A DNA stretch of 63,829 nucleotides, filler included, from Octopus bimaculoides (Eukaryota), in assembly GCF_001194135.2 (NCBI RefSeq). It is 8 parts of 6 records of this genome, joined end to end, with 100 filler letters (N's around TTAATTAATTAA, not from the genome) between each part and the next. Parts side by side here need not be neighbours in the genome. Positions count along the whole stretch, not along the records: positions 36,050 to 54,187 come from NC_068983.1; positions 54,288 to 59,766 come from NC_068985.1; positions 59,867 to 61,416 come from NC_068985.1; positions 61,517 to 62,584 come from NC_068981.1; positions 62,685 to 63,829 come from NW_026382798.1; 3 more parts are not named here. One strand, written 5' to 3'. The notes under the pieces were generated by a model, which made no database searches, was not told the origin of the DNA, and saw nothing but the letters and a program-made list of their open reading frames with translations. Below, one piece after another: positions 53,230-63,829 of this stretch; the first letter of the stretch is position 1; the number at the start of each line of letters is the position of its first letter. A program made the translations under genes and the position numbers.

Positions 53230-53905
53230 ACTTGTAATGTACGAATCAGCCTGTCAATTTCTCTTTCTGAAACCTTTAATCTATTTAGACTCTCCTTTAA
53301 ACATTTACTAATAAAACCTAGTGCTCCAATTATTATTCGTATGAATATGAATTCATAGTCTGGATATAGAAGCTAGAGGTTTCGAAGCAGTTGTGCATAG
53401 ATATCCTCTTTTTCTTTGATTTTCAAAGAGATTTTTATATTTGCAGGGCGGCTAACCTCTATGATGGTACATACCATTGCCCCTCTGTCCCAAACAACAA
53501 TATCCGGCCTGTTATGCTTACATTTGACAGAAATTTTGATGGGAATATTCCACCAGTATTCCTTGAGTTGGTGTTTATGAATGTATCCCATAACAGAGGG
53601 ATTTTCTAAGTTTATTTCAGGACAGTCTTTTTTGCGGGTAGCATTGTAAATTGTTTTAGCAACAACATCGTGCCGCATAGGGAGGTAGTACCGTGACGAC
53701 ATTTTAGGACAGCTGCTAATCACATGCGTAGTCTTTCACAGGGACATGACATAGCCAACACATGCGAAAGCACCTTGGGATTACAAGAGCGTCACTGTCT
53801 CTCTTGTTCACCAGGTACTTTGTGGCAATATCCTGTTCCTGGATTGCAAACGCATAGCCTTCAAAATGTGAGAGGCTGCGCTTCGTGTCAATTCTACTGT
53901 CTTCT
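53230..53905 (-). mobile_element. RLE-type (R4/NeSL-like) non-LTR element 3' end: zinc knuckle and restriction-like endonuclease
   Basis: FAIQEQDIATKY...CWLCH...HVISSCPKM...RHDVVAK...YWWNIPI...HNRPDIVVWD...IIEVS...KEK..Y..L...IIIGALG. Confidence 0.85.
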
Positions 53906-54046
53906 TTAAGATGTGTGTATGTATGTATATATGTAGGTAGGTAGGTAGGTAGGTGCGATTAGTAAATCCTAAGTTCGCTCTGAAGAACTTTGAAAATAAA
54001 AATTCTAGAGTATACTAGAGAGACAATAAAGAATAGAGAATCACAC

Positions 54047-54140
54047 ATCTTTAATTAATAGTTTACAACAGATGAGATGCCGACACGTATTTCTGAACAC
54101 ATGTCGGCATCTTATATGTTGTAAACTATCAATTAAAGGT
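54047..54140. other. Long imperfect hairpin (40-bp arms, 10-nt loop)
   Basis: 54049-54088 pairs with 54099-54138 with 4 non-Watson-Crick positions. Confidence 0.85.
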
Positions 54141-54154
54141 AATTCTCCATTTTT

Positions 54155-54187
<33 letters not shown>

Positions 54188-54287
54188 NNNNNNNNNNNNN
54201 NNNNNNNNNNNNNNNNNNNNNNNNNNNNNNNTTAATTAATTAANNNNNNNNNNNNNNNNNNNNNNNNNNNNNNNNNNNNNNNNNNNN

Positions 54288-54316
<29 letters not shown>

Positions 54317-54318
<2 letters not shown>

Positions 54319-54897
54319 TCTCCCCATACAAAACAAAACTTCCCGAAAATCGAATGACCCCAGTTGTCATTCATTAAAAGAATTAAAGGCATGACTGATC
54401 TCGATTATTGGGACCGCCTTAAAGCGTTGAAATTTTATTCTCTCCCGCGCCGCCGTGAGCGATACATCATGTGCACGATGTGGAGGATATACCACCAGCA
54501 TTGCCCAAACGACTACAGCATTAGCTTTAAAATTCATCCAAGGCTAGGACCACGGGCCATACGACTCCTACCCAATTCAGGATCACAACACATAAATACA
54601 CTACAACACAATTTGTTTCCTTCAACAGGCTCTGCCCTATTTAACATTGTCCCAAAACAGATCAAAGAAGCAAAAGATCCCATCACTTTTAAGCGGAATC
54701 TGGACAAATTTCTTGAAGGAATACCGGATAAGCCACCTATACCTGGATACAATTTACTCAACAATAACACCCTATTCGAATAGACCATTATATCACAAAA
54801 CTTTAAAAGGACTTAGCTAATCCTATCAAATGGTGCTATTAAGTTAGACATGGCCTGGACCAATCTTTGATCGAAACATCTAAGTTATCTAAGTTAA
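54317..54897 (+). mobile_element. CR1-group LINE 3' end, fairly intact
   Basis: WSPY...SFIKRIKGMTDLDYWDRLKALKFYSLPRRRERY...LFNIVPK...FKRNLDKFLEGIPDKP; short tandem tail atctaagttatctaagtta. Confidence 0.85.
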
Positions 54898-55399
54898 ACA
54901 CATACAAACACACGTATACATATACACACACGTATTTGTTACCTTCTCTTTGCATCTGTTAGGTATTGTTTTCATTTTGCACATCCTATCATGTATTCTT
55001 CTTGTATGTCCAATTATCTTTTTCTCCACCCCCTTTTTTGTAACTCATGCCCCCTCTCTTCTTTGTTAAGCTATCGATTTCTCTTTTTCTCTTTCTCTCT
55101 TGCCCCCCTTCTCCTCCTCCTCCTCCTCTTCCTCCTCCTCCTCCTTTCCTTTTACTCTCTCTCTTTCGAAACTATCTCATCCATACACTTTTGCTCGCCA
55201 CCCTTGACAACATCTCGTCTTTCTCAAATAATTCGTCGTACATTTTACTTCGACCATCATTCCACTTTCATTTCATTTATCCCCCCTCCACCTCTCTCTC
55301 TTTCGAGCTTTTCTCTTTATTTCCCTTCATTGAACCTCTTTTCTTACCCATACGTTGAAGAATATTTTCTCGAATGAATCTACCCCAGAACTTATTCTG

Positions 55400-55690
55400 T
55401 AAAACCTGGTACTTGTTTTATCGTTCTTTTTTTTTTTTGTCTAACTGTTAAGTTACGGAGACGTAAATATACCGAAACCGGTTGACAAGCTGCGGTAGGG
55501 GACAAACAAAAATACAAAGACACATACGAACACACACATTCAGACACACACACACATACACACGGCCTGCTTCTTTTAGTTTCCGCTCACAGGGCTTTGG
55601 TCGGCCAGAGGGTCAAGTAGATGACAGTTGCCTCAGTTGCCGCGCAATGGGACTAAATCCGGAATCAGTGTAGTTGGGAAGCTAGCTTCT
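55400..55690 (-). mobile_element. SINE family C, old but CpG-retaining copy
   Basis: Diverged homolog of 10066-10513. Confidence 0.65.
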
Positions 55691-55932
55691 TAGAGGAAGA
55701 TACACAGAAAGAAGTGACCAGTCTTTATATGGGTAGAGAAAGGGTGGCAAGTTGTGTGGTGTGAAGGAGAACGTGTGTAGAATAGCAACAGCGTACAGCG
55801 AAAGTAAATTAGAATTATCAGTTAGCTAGGAAGTTGGAAGTTCTAAAAAGCATCATAGACACTATGAACATTGATAGAAAAATTGTTTCAAGTATAAAAG
55901 TGAGAAAAGGAAACATTTTTATACTACTACTG

Positions 55933-55972
<40 letters not shown>

Positions 55973-58639
55973 ACACACGCACATACACATCTAGGTCTAC
56001 CTGTACCTACGCTGCACATAGAACCAGCCCTGAGTTGGGCCTTTGGTTTAAACTGGATTTGGTACCTGCATGTCTACTGCGTCCTACCAACACCTGATAC
56101 TGCCATGCTCCTTCTTTCACCTAACTGTGAACCCTGTCTATACATTTCTGGGACCTCTCATGTCGATGTGACTAGATTCTTTTGAATCATATCGCTAATC
56201 AATATACATTACATATGTGCATATATACTTACACACATTTGTATTTTTATATTTGTGAGTGAGACTAAATGGAATGTTAATGAATAAAGTATCATTATCG
56301 TATTAATCCATATACATCGTCAGTGCATGTCCAGTTATGATAATCAGACAGACTCGTTTAGCCCCGCATATACTCCAGGAATTTGTATACTCCATGAACA
56401 GCTAAGGTTTTGTAAGCTATCCGTGAACAGGAGATAGATTTTATTTCTCTAGAGACTGTTCGACGAGACACTTGTCTAGTTCGGTATTTTTTATCTGATT
56501 GGCTGATAATTCAATCATTCCACTGCTCTTCTCAACTTACCCTCTTCACAAAGACATTACATAGACAACGTAACTCGAGATTTATAAAAGCACAGAACGA
56601 TCACGTCTGGAACATATTAACCCCCCCCCCAACACACACACACATACACACACGCGCACACACACATACACTTATATAATGCACATAATGAATCTGTTTT
56701 GTGTGTGTGTGTGTGTATAAGCAGAATTCGTAGATGACCCGGAAGTTACTATAGCAAACAGCATTAGGTTTCTTCTGCTGAATGCACGTCATTGATTGGT
56801 TAAGATTACCCAAATACCACGATTTTAGCACGAAATAACTTCGAAAATACGAAATTGTGTCACAAATCTTGAAAGTAAACCGTATTCAGCGTGAGAAATT
56901 ACAGCAGCATACGAAGCTTCAAACTGTTTAGTTAAAAAAAAATAATAATCAAAAAAATTTATGAGCTAAACTCAAGAGATCAGCTCTGCTTCATCAGAGA
57001 CGATTCTGAGCTAAATAACAGCAAAAAACAACAGAAGTTAATATTATTGCGTGAAATAGTATATTGTATGTTTGTAAAATGGTTTTCTTCTTTATTTAAA
57101 GTTATAATACCTGCATATTATCTAGGAAGTTGGATCAAGTGAAGTCGGTAGAGCGTCCCTGAGAAACGGCTTTGTGGCATTTAGCTATGCCACTTTATCT
57201 TTTCCAAGCTCAAACTCCTCCAAAGTCACTTTTATCGGCTGATGAATCAAGGTTCTGGAGTCTCCTAAATATAGTATTTGATACGGACCACATCTATTAC
57301 AACAGCGTCTGTTCCTCGGAAATAGCTAGATGCACTCTATCTCCACTCAAAACACTACCAATTCATTTAATTGTTCTCTCCTGATACTGTATTGATATCC
57401 TGAATATCAAAACATTAAGTAATTAAGAATTTCAAATTTCAGCAAGGCATGACTGCTTCAATGCATATGTAAGGTGCATTATCTGTTTAGGGTCGAAACT
57501 GTAACTATGAAGAAGGGGTTTTAATTTCACCTTAATTATAAATAATCTTCTCATTCATGACTTCAGCAAAAAACTCAAAATGAGATTGCACATTTTTCAA
57601 CTATTATTGCCAGACGCAGTTGGGTTTTGCTAGTCACAGCTGTAGTCCGTGTCAAATGTTATATTTAGGAAATTTTCGAAATCCAATATAAGATGAAGAC
57701 TGCCGAACTCACTGATGTTACAATCAGAGTTACGGCCTACTTAAGCCGATGGAGATCCAAAGATTTCTGTGGCAGTGTTATGAGACACGTCTTGGCTGAG
57801 ACTACTTGAAGATTCAAACCCAAAGGATTTATTAATTCCAGTATAAATCCTTCCCGTAAATAACGTCTCCTTCATCATTCATGGCTTTCTTTCTGAAGAT
57901 AGCAATGGGTAGGAATTCAAAAGAAGATCAAACATTTAAAATTTACCATTCTCCCTCAAAGAACGCTCATTTTTATCAAAAACAAAAACAGAATATATTA
58001 CGTTATAGTTCAGTCTCTGTTACTCTAAACCTTGAAAACAGACAGTGAGGTCATAGCTGTAATGCTTTTTATCATAACGCTACTCAGTCATACTGGCCTA
58101 GGAATAAACAGCAGCAACCACAAAAATATTATCATCAGCATGAATATCAATAATATGAAGATGAATGCATCAACAAGGAAGACCCTAAGCGGTTGATGAA
58201 GGGGCTAGAAACGGGAACTGAATCACCTTCTAATGGCACCAACTATTTTAAAATAGGTATAATAAATTAGAGTGTGCTCGTAGACTGAATAAAAAGACAG
58301 AGTAGTCAAGACTAGAATACTTCGGATCAAAGGTTTACCTGATCAAGACTAACAAAGATTAAAACACAACGCAAACAATAGTAATAAGAAAATAAATGAC
58401 CAAATGATAGAGCAATCAATATGTTAAATATATGGTAAGGTATTGTGTGTATAGGGAGAAACGCGATAAATTGAAGATAAAATAACATAACGCGTAAAAT
58501 CCAGGAGTAGATTTGTAAAGTGCAATAAATATATATGTGTTATAATTTTCTTCCTAAATCATCTCCCACATCTCCTTTCTTTCTTACACTACGACTTGCC
58601 TTCTCTCTTTCTCTCTCTCTCTCTCTATATATATATATC

Positions 58640-58679
<40 letters not shown>

Positions 58680-58742
58680 CACATGTGAATCATTGGGCGA
58701 TTTTTTCCCCTCCGTCTTCCTTTTCTATTGGACTTTACTCAA

Positions 58743-58776
58743 TTTCCGAAGAAGAGCGACTGCTCGAAACGTTAAA
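58743..58776 (+). ncRNA. Minimal Penelope-type hammerhead-like motif, core CCGAAGA
   Basis: ttt CCGAAGA a GAGC-gact-GCTC GAAAC GTT aaa; stem I is only 3 bp, and a gap follows. Confidence 0.4.
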
Positions 58777-58788
58777 CCNNNNNNNNNN

Positions 58789-58821
<33 letters not shown>

Positions 58822-58830
58822 TGCATAATA

Positions 58831-59376
58831 TCTTTTATATTTTACTTGTTTCAGTCATTGGACTGCAGCCTTATTGGAGCACCGCCTTGAAGGAATTTTT
58901 AGTTGAATGAATCAATCCCAGTAGTTCATTTTTTAAAGCCTAGTACTTATTTTATCGGTCTCTTCTCTCGAACCGATAGGTTACGGGGGGCATCAAACAC
59001 CAACATCAGTTGTCAAGCCGTGAAGGGGACAAACACACGCATACACGCATACACGCATACACACACGCGCGCACACACAAACACACACGCAAACACACAC
59101 ATACACACAAATACACGCACACACACACACAAGCACAAATACACACAAATATACGCACACACACAAACATACAAACAGATACACGCGTACACATACGCAC
59201 ACATACATATACGACAAGCCTCTTTCGGTTTCTGTCTACTAAATACGCACTCAAGGCCTTCGTTGGCCCGAGGCTAGAATAGCAGACAATTGCTCTAAGT
59301 TCCACGAAGATGGGACAGAAGCTGGAACTATGTGATTGCGAAGCGAAATTCTTAGCACATAGTCACACCTGCGCCT
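58831..59376 (-). mobile_element. SINE family C with an expanded internal CA-rich tract
   Basis: Both halves are colinear with 10066-10513; the central CA tract spans about 59030-59210. Confidence 0.8.
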
Positions 59377-59866
59377 CAGTAATACATACATACATAGAAT
59401 TTTTTTGGCGGGAGCGGGGGGCACCAGAACGAATCGTCTCAAGTGTAACTGCCCAAAATGGTCGTGACTTCAGGAACTTGACTGAGGAAAGAAAGCCAGG
59501 AGTGACCCGTCTTTTTTTTACCTTTCCTTCTAATTGCTGGTTTTCTTTTCCGTTTTTGTATCGTATATCAGTCCGATTGTTTTAATGCTCTCTATTGCGT
59601 TCTTGTTCCATTTATATATATATATATAAACAAAATTAAGGGATCAGCAACAGGTTGCTTCACCACATACCGAAGTTCAGAAATAGCAGCTAAAAATGCT
59701 GAAACTCCAACAGATAGAAGTTACCCGCAACTCACATAGGCAAAAATTGTAATGATATATAAATATNNNNNNNNNNNNNNNNNNNNNNNNNNNNNNNNNN
59801 NNNNNNNNNNTTAATTAATTAANNNNNNNNNNNNNNNNNNNNNNNNNNNNNNNNNNNNNNNNNNNN

Positions 59867-60470
59867 CCTATTTTCTTACTTCATCATTCAAATGTTGATA
59901 GAATTTGGGCCACTTGGCAAGCTCTGCAAAAGTTCCGGGGACATCGATACAACAGTGCTAACTGTGCTATTGAAACTCTCCGCAAACCAATGTCTCCTTT
60001 CAGTCTCACCAGTGACATCAATGTTGATTCAATGACTCGAGAACATTCAGTTCCTTTTGATGTATTTGATTACAAGAAGAATTTCCATTACGAATATGAT
60101 GTTCTTGAATTGAATGGATTATCTATTCCAAAGTTACACAGAGAAATTAACAGACGTCGTATGAAGGGTCGCGTTTTCACTACTTTCATGCTCGAAGGTA
60201 TTAAACAGTCTGCATTAGTTGAATATTATATCAGGGCTCATGGTAGTACTGATCAGGTGAATGCTGGAGAGTTTTATGTTCTGGGTAGCGCTAACGAAAT
60301 GCCTTGGAAATTTGACCGAGTTTACAAAGCTGATATCACGAAGCAGATGAAGGAAGCAAATCTACATTATAATGACCAATATCACATTGAATATCACGTG
60401 AAAGACTTGGCTGGAGCTGAAATAGCCGATGTTAATCTTGAACCTGCAATTGTCTACGAACCAGGTCTTG
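59867..60470 (+). CDS. Hc: Molluscan (octopus-type) hemocyanin, partial exon: CuB end and beta-domain of functional unit c
   Basis: The frame is open from the first base after the gap: PIFLLHHSNVDRIWATWQALQKFRGHRYNSANCAIETLRKPMSPF...FDYKKNFHYEYDVLELNGLSIPKL...AGEFYVLGSANEMPWKFDRVY...YEPGL. It carries the CuB HHSNxDRxWxxWQ motif and ends at CTTG|gtaagt (phase-1 donor at 60471). The FU-c assignment rests on the next unit being d-like. The 5' end is truncated by a gap. Confidence 0.97.
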
Positions 60471-60802
60471 GTAAGTAACCATTATTACGTAAGTGCGATA
60501 AATGCTGCAATAGATATTCTTTAAAGATTATACAGATTGATTCAGTTATCTATTGGCTCCATATTATTAACTTAATTTTAAACGATGTTTATTTTAACTC
60601 CACTAAACAAACCGTTGTCAATACTTACAAAATAACTATAGGATTAAAAAATTTAATGATATGTTATTTTCTCGAACGCTTATGGTTTATTAAACCGTCT
60701 CTGATTATTAAGTCCTTGTATTAAGAAAACAGTAATGTAAAATACGAAATACAACATAAAGATTTAACTAATTCAGTTAATTTATTTTCTTATTTTCTGC
60801 AG
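60471..60802 (+). other. Hc: Phase-1 GT-AG linker intron (332 bp) between hemocyanin FU-c and FU-d
   Basis: Donor gtaagt at 60471; polypyrimidine tract ttttcttattttctgcag ending at 60802. Splicing gives G+GT=Gly and joins the two frames as ...EPGL-G-DFGVVGVWVEP. Confidence 0.95.
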
Positions 60803-61416
60803 GTGATTTCGGTGTGGTGGGTGTATGGGTTGAACCTGTAACCAGCGCAAACCGAATTAGAAAGAATCTCAACAGTCTTACTAAAGGCGATATCGAATCA
60901 CTGAGAAATGCCTTCAAAGATATGACGCTTGATGGTAGATACGAAGAAATTGCCGCATTTCACGGATTACCGGCACAGTGTCCTAACAAAGATGGTAGCA
61001 AGGTATATACATGTTGTATACATGGCATGCCAACTTTTCCACACTGGCATAGATTATATGTTGCTCTAGTAGAGAACGAATTGTTAAACAGAGGCTCCGG
61101 TGTAGCTGTACCTTATTGGGATTGGGTACAACCATTTGATCACCTTCCAGCTTTGGTCAATGAAGTCACTTACTACAATTCAAGAACTCTTCTTATCGAA
61201 CCAAATCCATTCTTTAAAGGAAAGATTTCTTTCTTAAATTCGGAAACCAAGCGAGATCCACAGCCTAAATTATTTGGTAACAAATATCTTTACGAACACA
61301 CACTTTTCGTCTTGGAACAGACTGATTTCTGTGAGTTTGAAGTCCACTTTGAAGTACTTCACAATACTATCCACTCGTGGCTCGGTGGTCGTGATCCTCA
61401 CTCTATGTCGTCACTG
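60803..61416 (+). CDS. Hc: Hemocyanin, partial exon: N-terminal copper domain of functional unit d
   Basis: GDFGVVGVWVEPVTSANRIRKNLNSL...AFHGLPAQCPNKDGSKVYTCCIHGMPTFPHWHRLY (CuA His residues, Cys-x-His thioether motif)...VPYWDW...EQTDFCEFEVHFEVLHNTIHSWLGGRDPHSMSSL (first two CuB His). VTSANRIRKN matches the FU-d start as I recall it. The 3' end is truncated by a gap. Confidence 0.97.
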
Positions 61417-62315
61417 NNNNNNNNNNNNNNNNNNNNNNNNNNNNNNNNNNNNNNNNNNNNTTAATTAATTAANNNNNNNNNNNNNNNNNNNNNNNNNNNN
61501 NNNNNNNNNNNNNNNNAAAGGCACATAAATACATACATGTAGACTTATATACATTAGCCATACCCGCATACATAAACAAGTAGGCCGTTGACAATCTATC
61601 ATAAACTGGTTACTACGATATTCACGGACTGTTAGTTCGTGAATATATTAAGCAATTTGTACTTAACGACAGTGTCTTACTCTTCAATACTTCTTTCTGA
61701 ACCTACTGATATTTGTCTGGAGCTGTGCAATCCATTTTGCTTCTTTCTTCTCATTGATCTATCTTACCCACCACCTCTTGGCGAATGGTAATCGTAGCAC
61801 AGCATAGCAGAATACTCAATGGCTAAAAGTTTCGATCTTCGATCTCTGCTTGTTGTTCCTTAGCTATTTGTTACCTTGCTGATTCGACATGTTTGTGGGT
61901 TTTCTTTAATTTCGTATGGTAGTTTTTTTTCTCTCATGTAACTGTTTATTAATTTAGATATTTTAACTATCTGTCAATTCACCGAGTAACAATAAAACAT
62001 AGAGTCCAATACTTTATTTCAACAATTTGGCCATTAAGGCCTTATAAAGAGGGGACGAACAAAGACAGACAAACATAATACTTGTCTGCCTTGTACTATC
62101 CATACCTACCCCCACATCGCAAGAGGCCTTGGAGTTTTCAATAAAAACGCAAAGAACTGTGTAAAAAATGGGTAACTACTATCCATATAATCATTCCGTT
62201 TCGAAGAATCGAAAGAAGACTGAAAGGCTCAGAGTTTCCAGTACTCCAAGTTTTACGTTTCCGATCTTTCAGCAGGTAATCCAAGCCTATTTTCCCTTGA
62301 ATTACCTGTTGTTTG

Positions 62316-62356
<41 letters not shown>

Positions 62357-62526
62357 GCACGCACGCGCACAAAGGGAAATTACTGGGTAGTGACAAGGTC
62401 AAAACGCGTCTAAAATTACGTATATTATCACATGCATTGAAGAGATGTTGGCGTGGGCTCCCACCCTGGCATCCGAAACTCGGAGTTTTATCATGGCTAC
62501 TGAATAAGTGTCACATATTTTTACAG

Positions 62527-62584
<58 letters not shown>

Positions 62585-63199
62585 NNNNNNNNNNNNNNNN
62601 NNNNNNNNNNNNNNNNNNNNNNNNNNNNTTAATTAATTAANNNNNNNNNNNNNNNNNNNNNNNNNNNNNNNNNNNNNNNNNNNNTACTGACATTAAGAAA
62701 TATATAGGAAACTAAATTCTTATGCATACACACACAATGCACACATATACATTCACATTCATTCATACATACATGTATTCACACAAACATCTACATCCAT
62801 GCATATCCACACACATACAGATATACATTCTCACATACACATGCATATATTTATTTACACATACATACACATGCACTCACACACACACATCAACATAAAC
62901 ATGCATGCACATATACATTCATAGATCTGTGCACACGCACACATACACACACACACACACACNNNNNNNNNNCACACACACACACACACATGCATCTATA
63001 CACACACACACAGAGTTTCCTGTCTACTCAACTGTGTAATCTAAGTGTAAATATAGATTTAGTGTGAAAATGTCTGTTATTGAAAATGTTCTTGTTACTA
63101 TTGTCGTTGTTGCAGTGATTGTTGCTGTTGTTACTGTTTAGTAATCCCAGCCAGTAATGTGTGAATAATTCTCTGACAAAACTCTCTCTCTCTCAGACA

Positions 63200-63829
63200 C
63201 ACACACACATGCAAAACACACATTGCTATACACATATACACATTGATGCAGACATGTGCACACACACACTGATACACAAACACTCANNNNNNNNNNACAC
63301 ATTGATGCAGACATGTGCACACACACACTGATACACAAACACTCACACATTACTATAGACACACACCTTGATACACAAACACACATGCAATGCTACTCAA
63401 ACACACACAAAACACAAACTCACACACAATACTACACAAATACACACAATACCATACATGTACACAATGTGCTAAATACACCCACAAAACACATGCATGC
63501 ACACACACACAGAGTACTACACATTCACACATGCTGTGCTACATATGCACACACACACTTACACAGTACCACACATATGCATTCACACAAACTATGCTAC
63601 ACACACACACTGTGCCACACACACAGTACTACACATTCACACAAGCTGTGCTACACATGCACACACTCACACAGTGCTACACATACATTCGCACAAACTA
63701 TGCTACACACACACACTACTACACATACACACATGCTGTGCTACACATGCACACACAGTCAGTGCTACACACAGATTCACACAAGCTATGCTACACACAT
63801 ACACCGTGCCACACACACACACACACACA
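63200..63829. repeat. (CA)n-derived minisatellite with higher-order units
   Basis: Recurrent blocks agtactacacattcacac, gctgtgctacac, actatgctacac and gtgccacac. Confidence 0.8.

Noticed and set aside
59310-59760. Hemocyanin promoter or signal-peptide exon upstream of the FU-c exon
   Set aside because: None seen. The FU-c exon is cut mid-sequence by a placeholder gap, so this flank is not the true immediate upstream sequence.
61618-61646. 13-bp hairpin with a 3-nt loop (similar small ones at 10561 and 57174)
   Set aside because: Short enough to arise by chance in 64 kb of AT-rich DNA; no supporting context.
63236-63345. About 48-bp direct duplication on either side of a 10-N gap
   Set aside because: Typical unmerged contig overlap.

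Overview
Repeat-dense, gap-ridden animal genomic scaffold. The hemocyanin sequence and the repeat families point to an octopod cephalopod (inference). The only protein-coding gene I can identify is a 1.55-kb piece of a molluscan hemocyanin (+, 59867-61416). It runs from the CuB site to the end of functional unit c, crosses a 332-bp phase-1 linker intron, and covers most of the copper-binding domain of functional unit d. Both ends break inside exons at assembly placeholders. The rest is mainly microsatellites and decayed mobile elements: at least four tRNA-derived SINE families, several RTE LINE pieces, CR1/L2, Penelope-like, R4-like and CRE-like relics, a full-length dead mariner, and hAT, Tigger and Helentron-like (HINE) pieces. 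Best leads: (1) a well-formed type I hammerhead ribozyme fold with a variant CCGAUGA core at 16.74-16.80 kb, plus three weaker minimal hammerhead motifs; (2) a CpG-depleted domain (~11.5-45.3 kb) suggesting the methylated body of an unannotated gene, with a few candidate minus-strand exons; (3) a ~62-bp double-hairpin tandem array inside an RTE 3' UTR; (4) a pre-miRNA-like hairpin at 54.05-54.14 kb; (5) hemocyanin contig ends falling at homologous CuB positions one functional unit apart. N44-TTAATTAATTAA-N44 blocks are assembly linkers, not biology. All family assignments come from remembered motifs, not database searches, and repeat boundaries are approximate.
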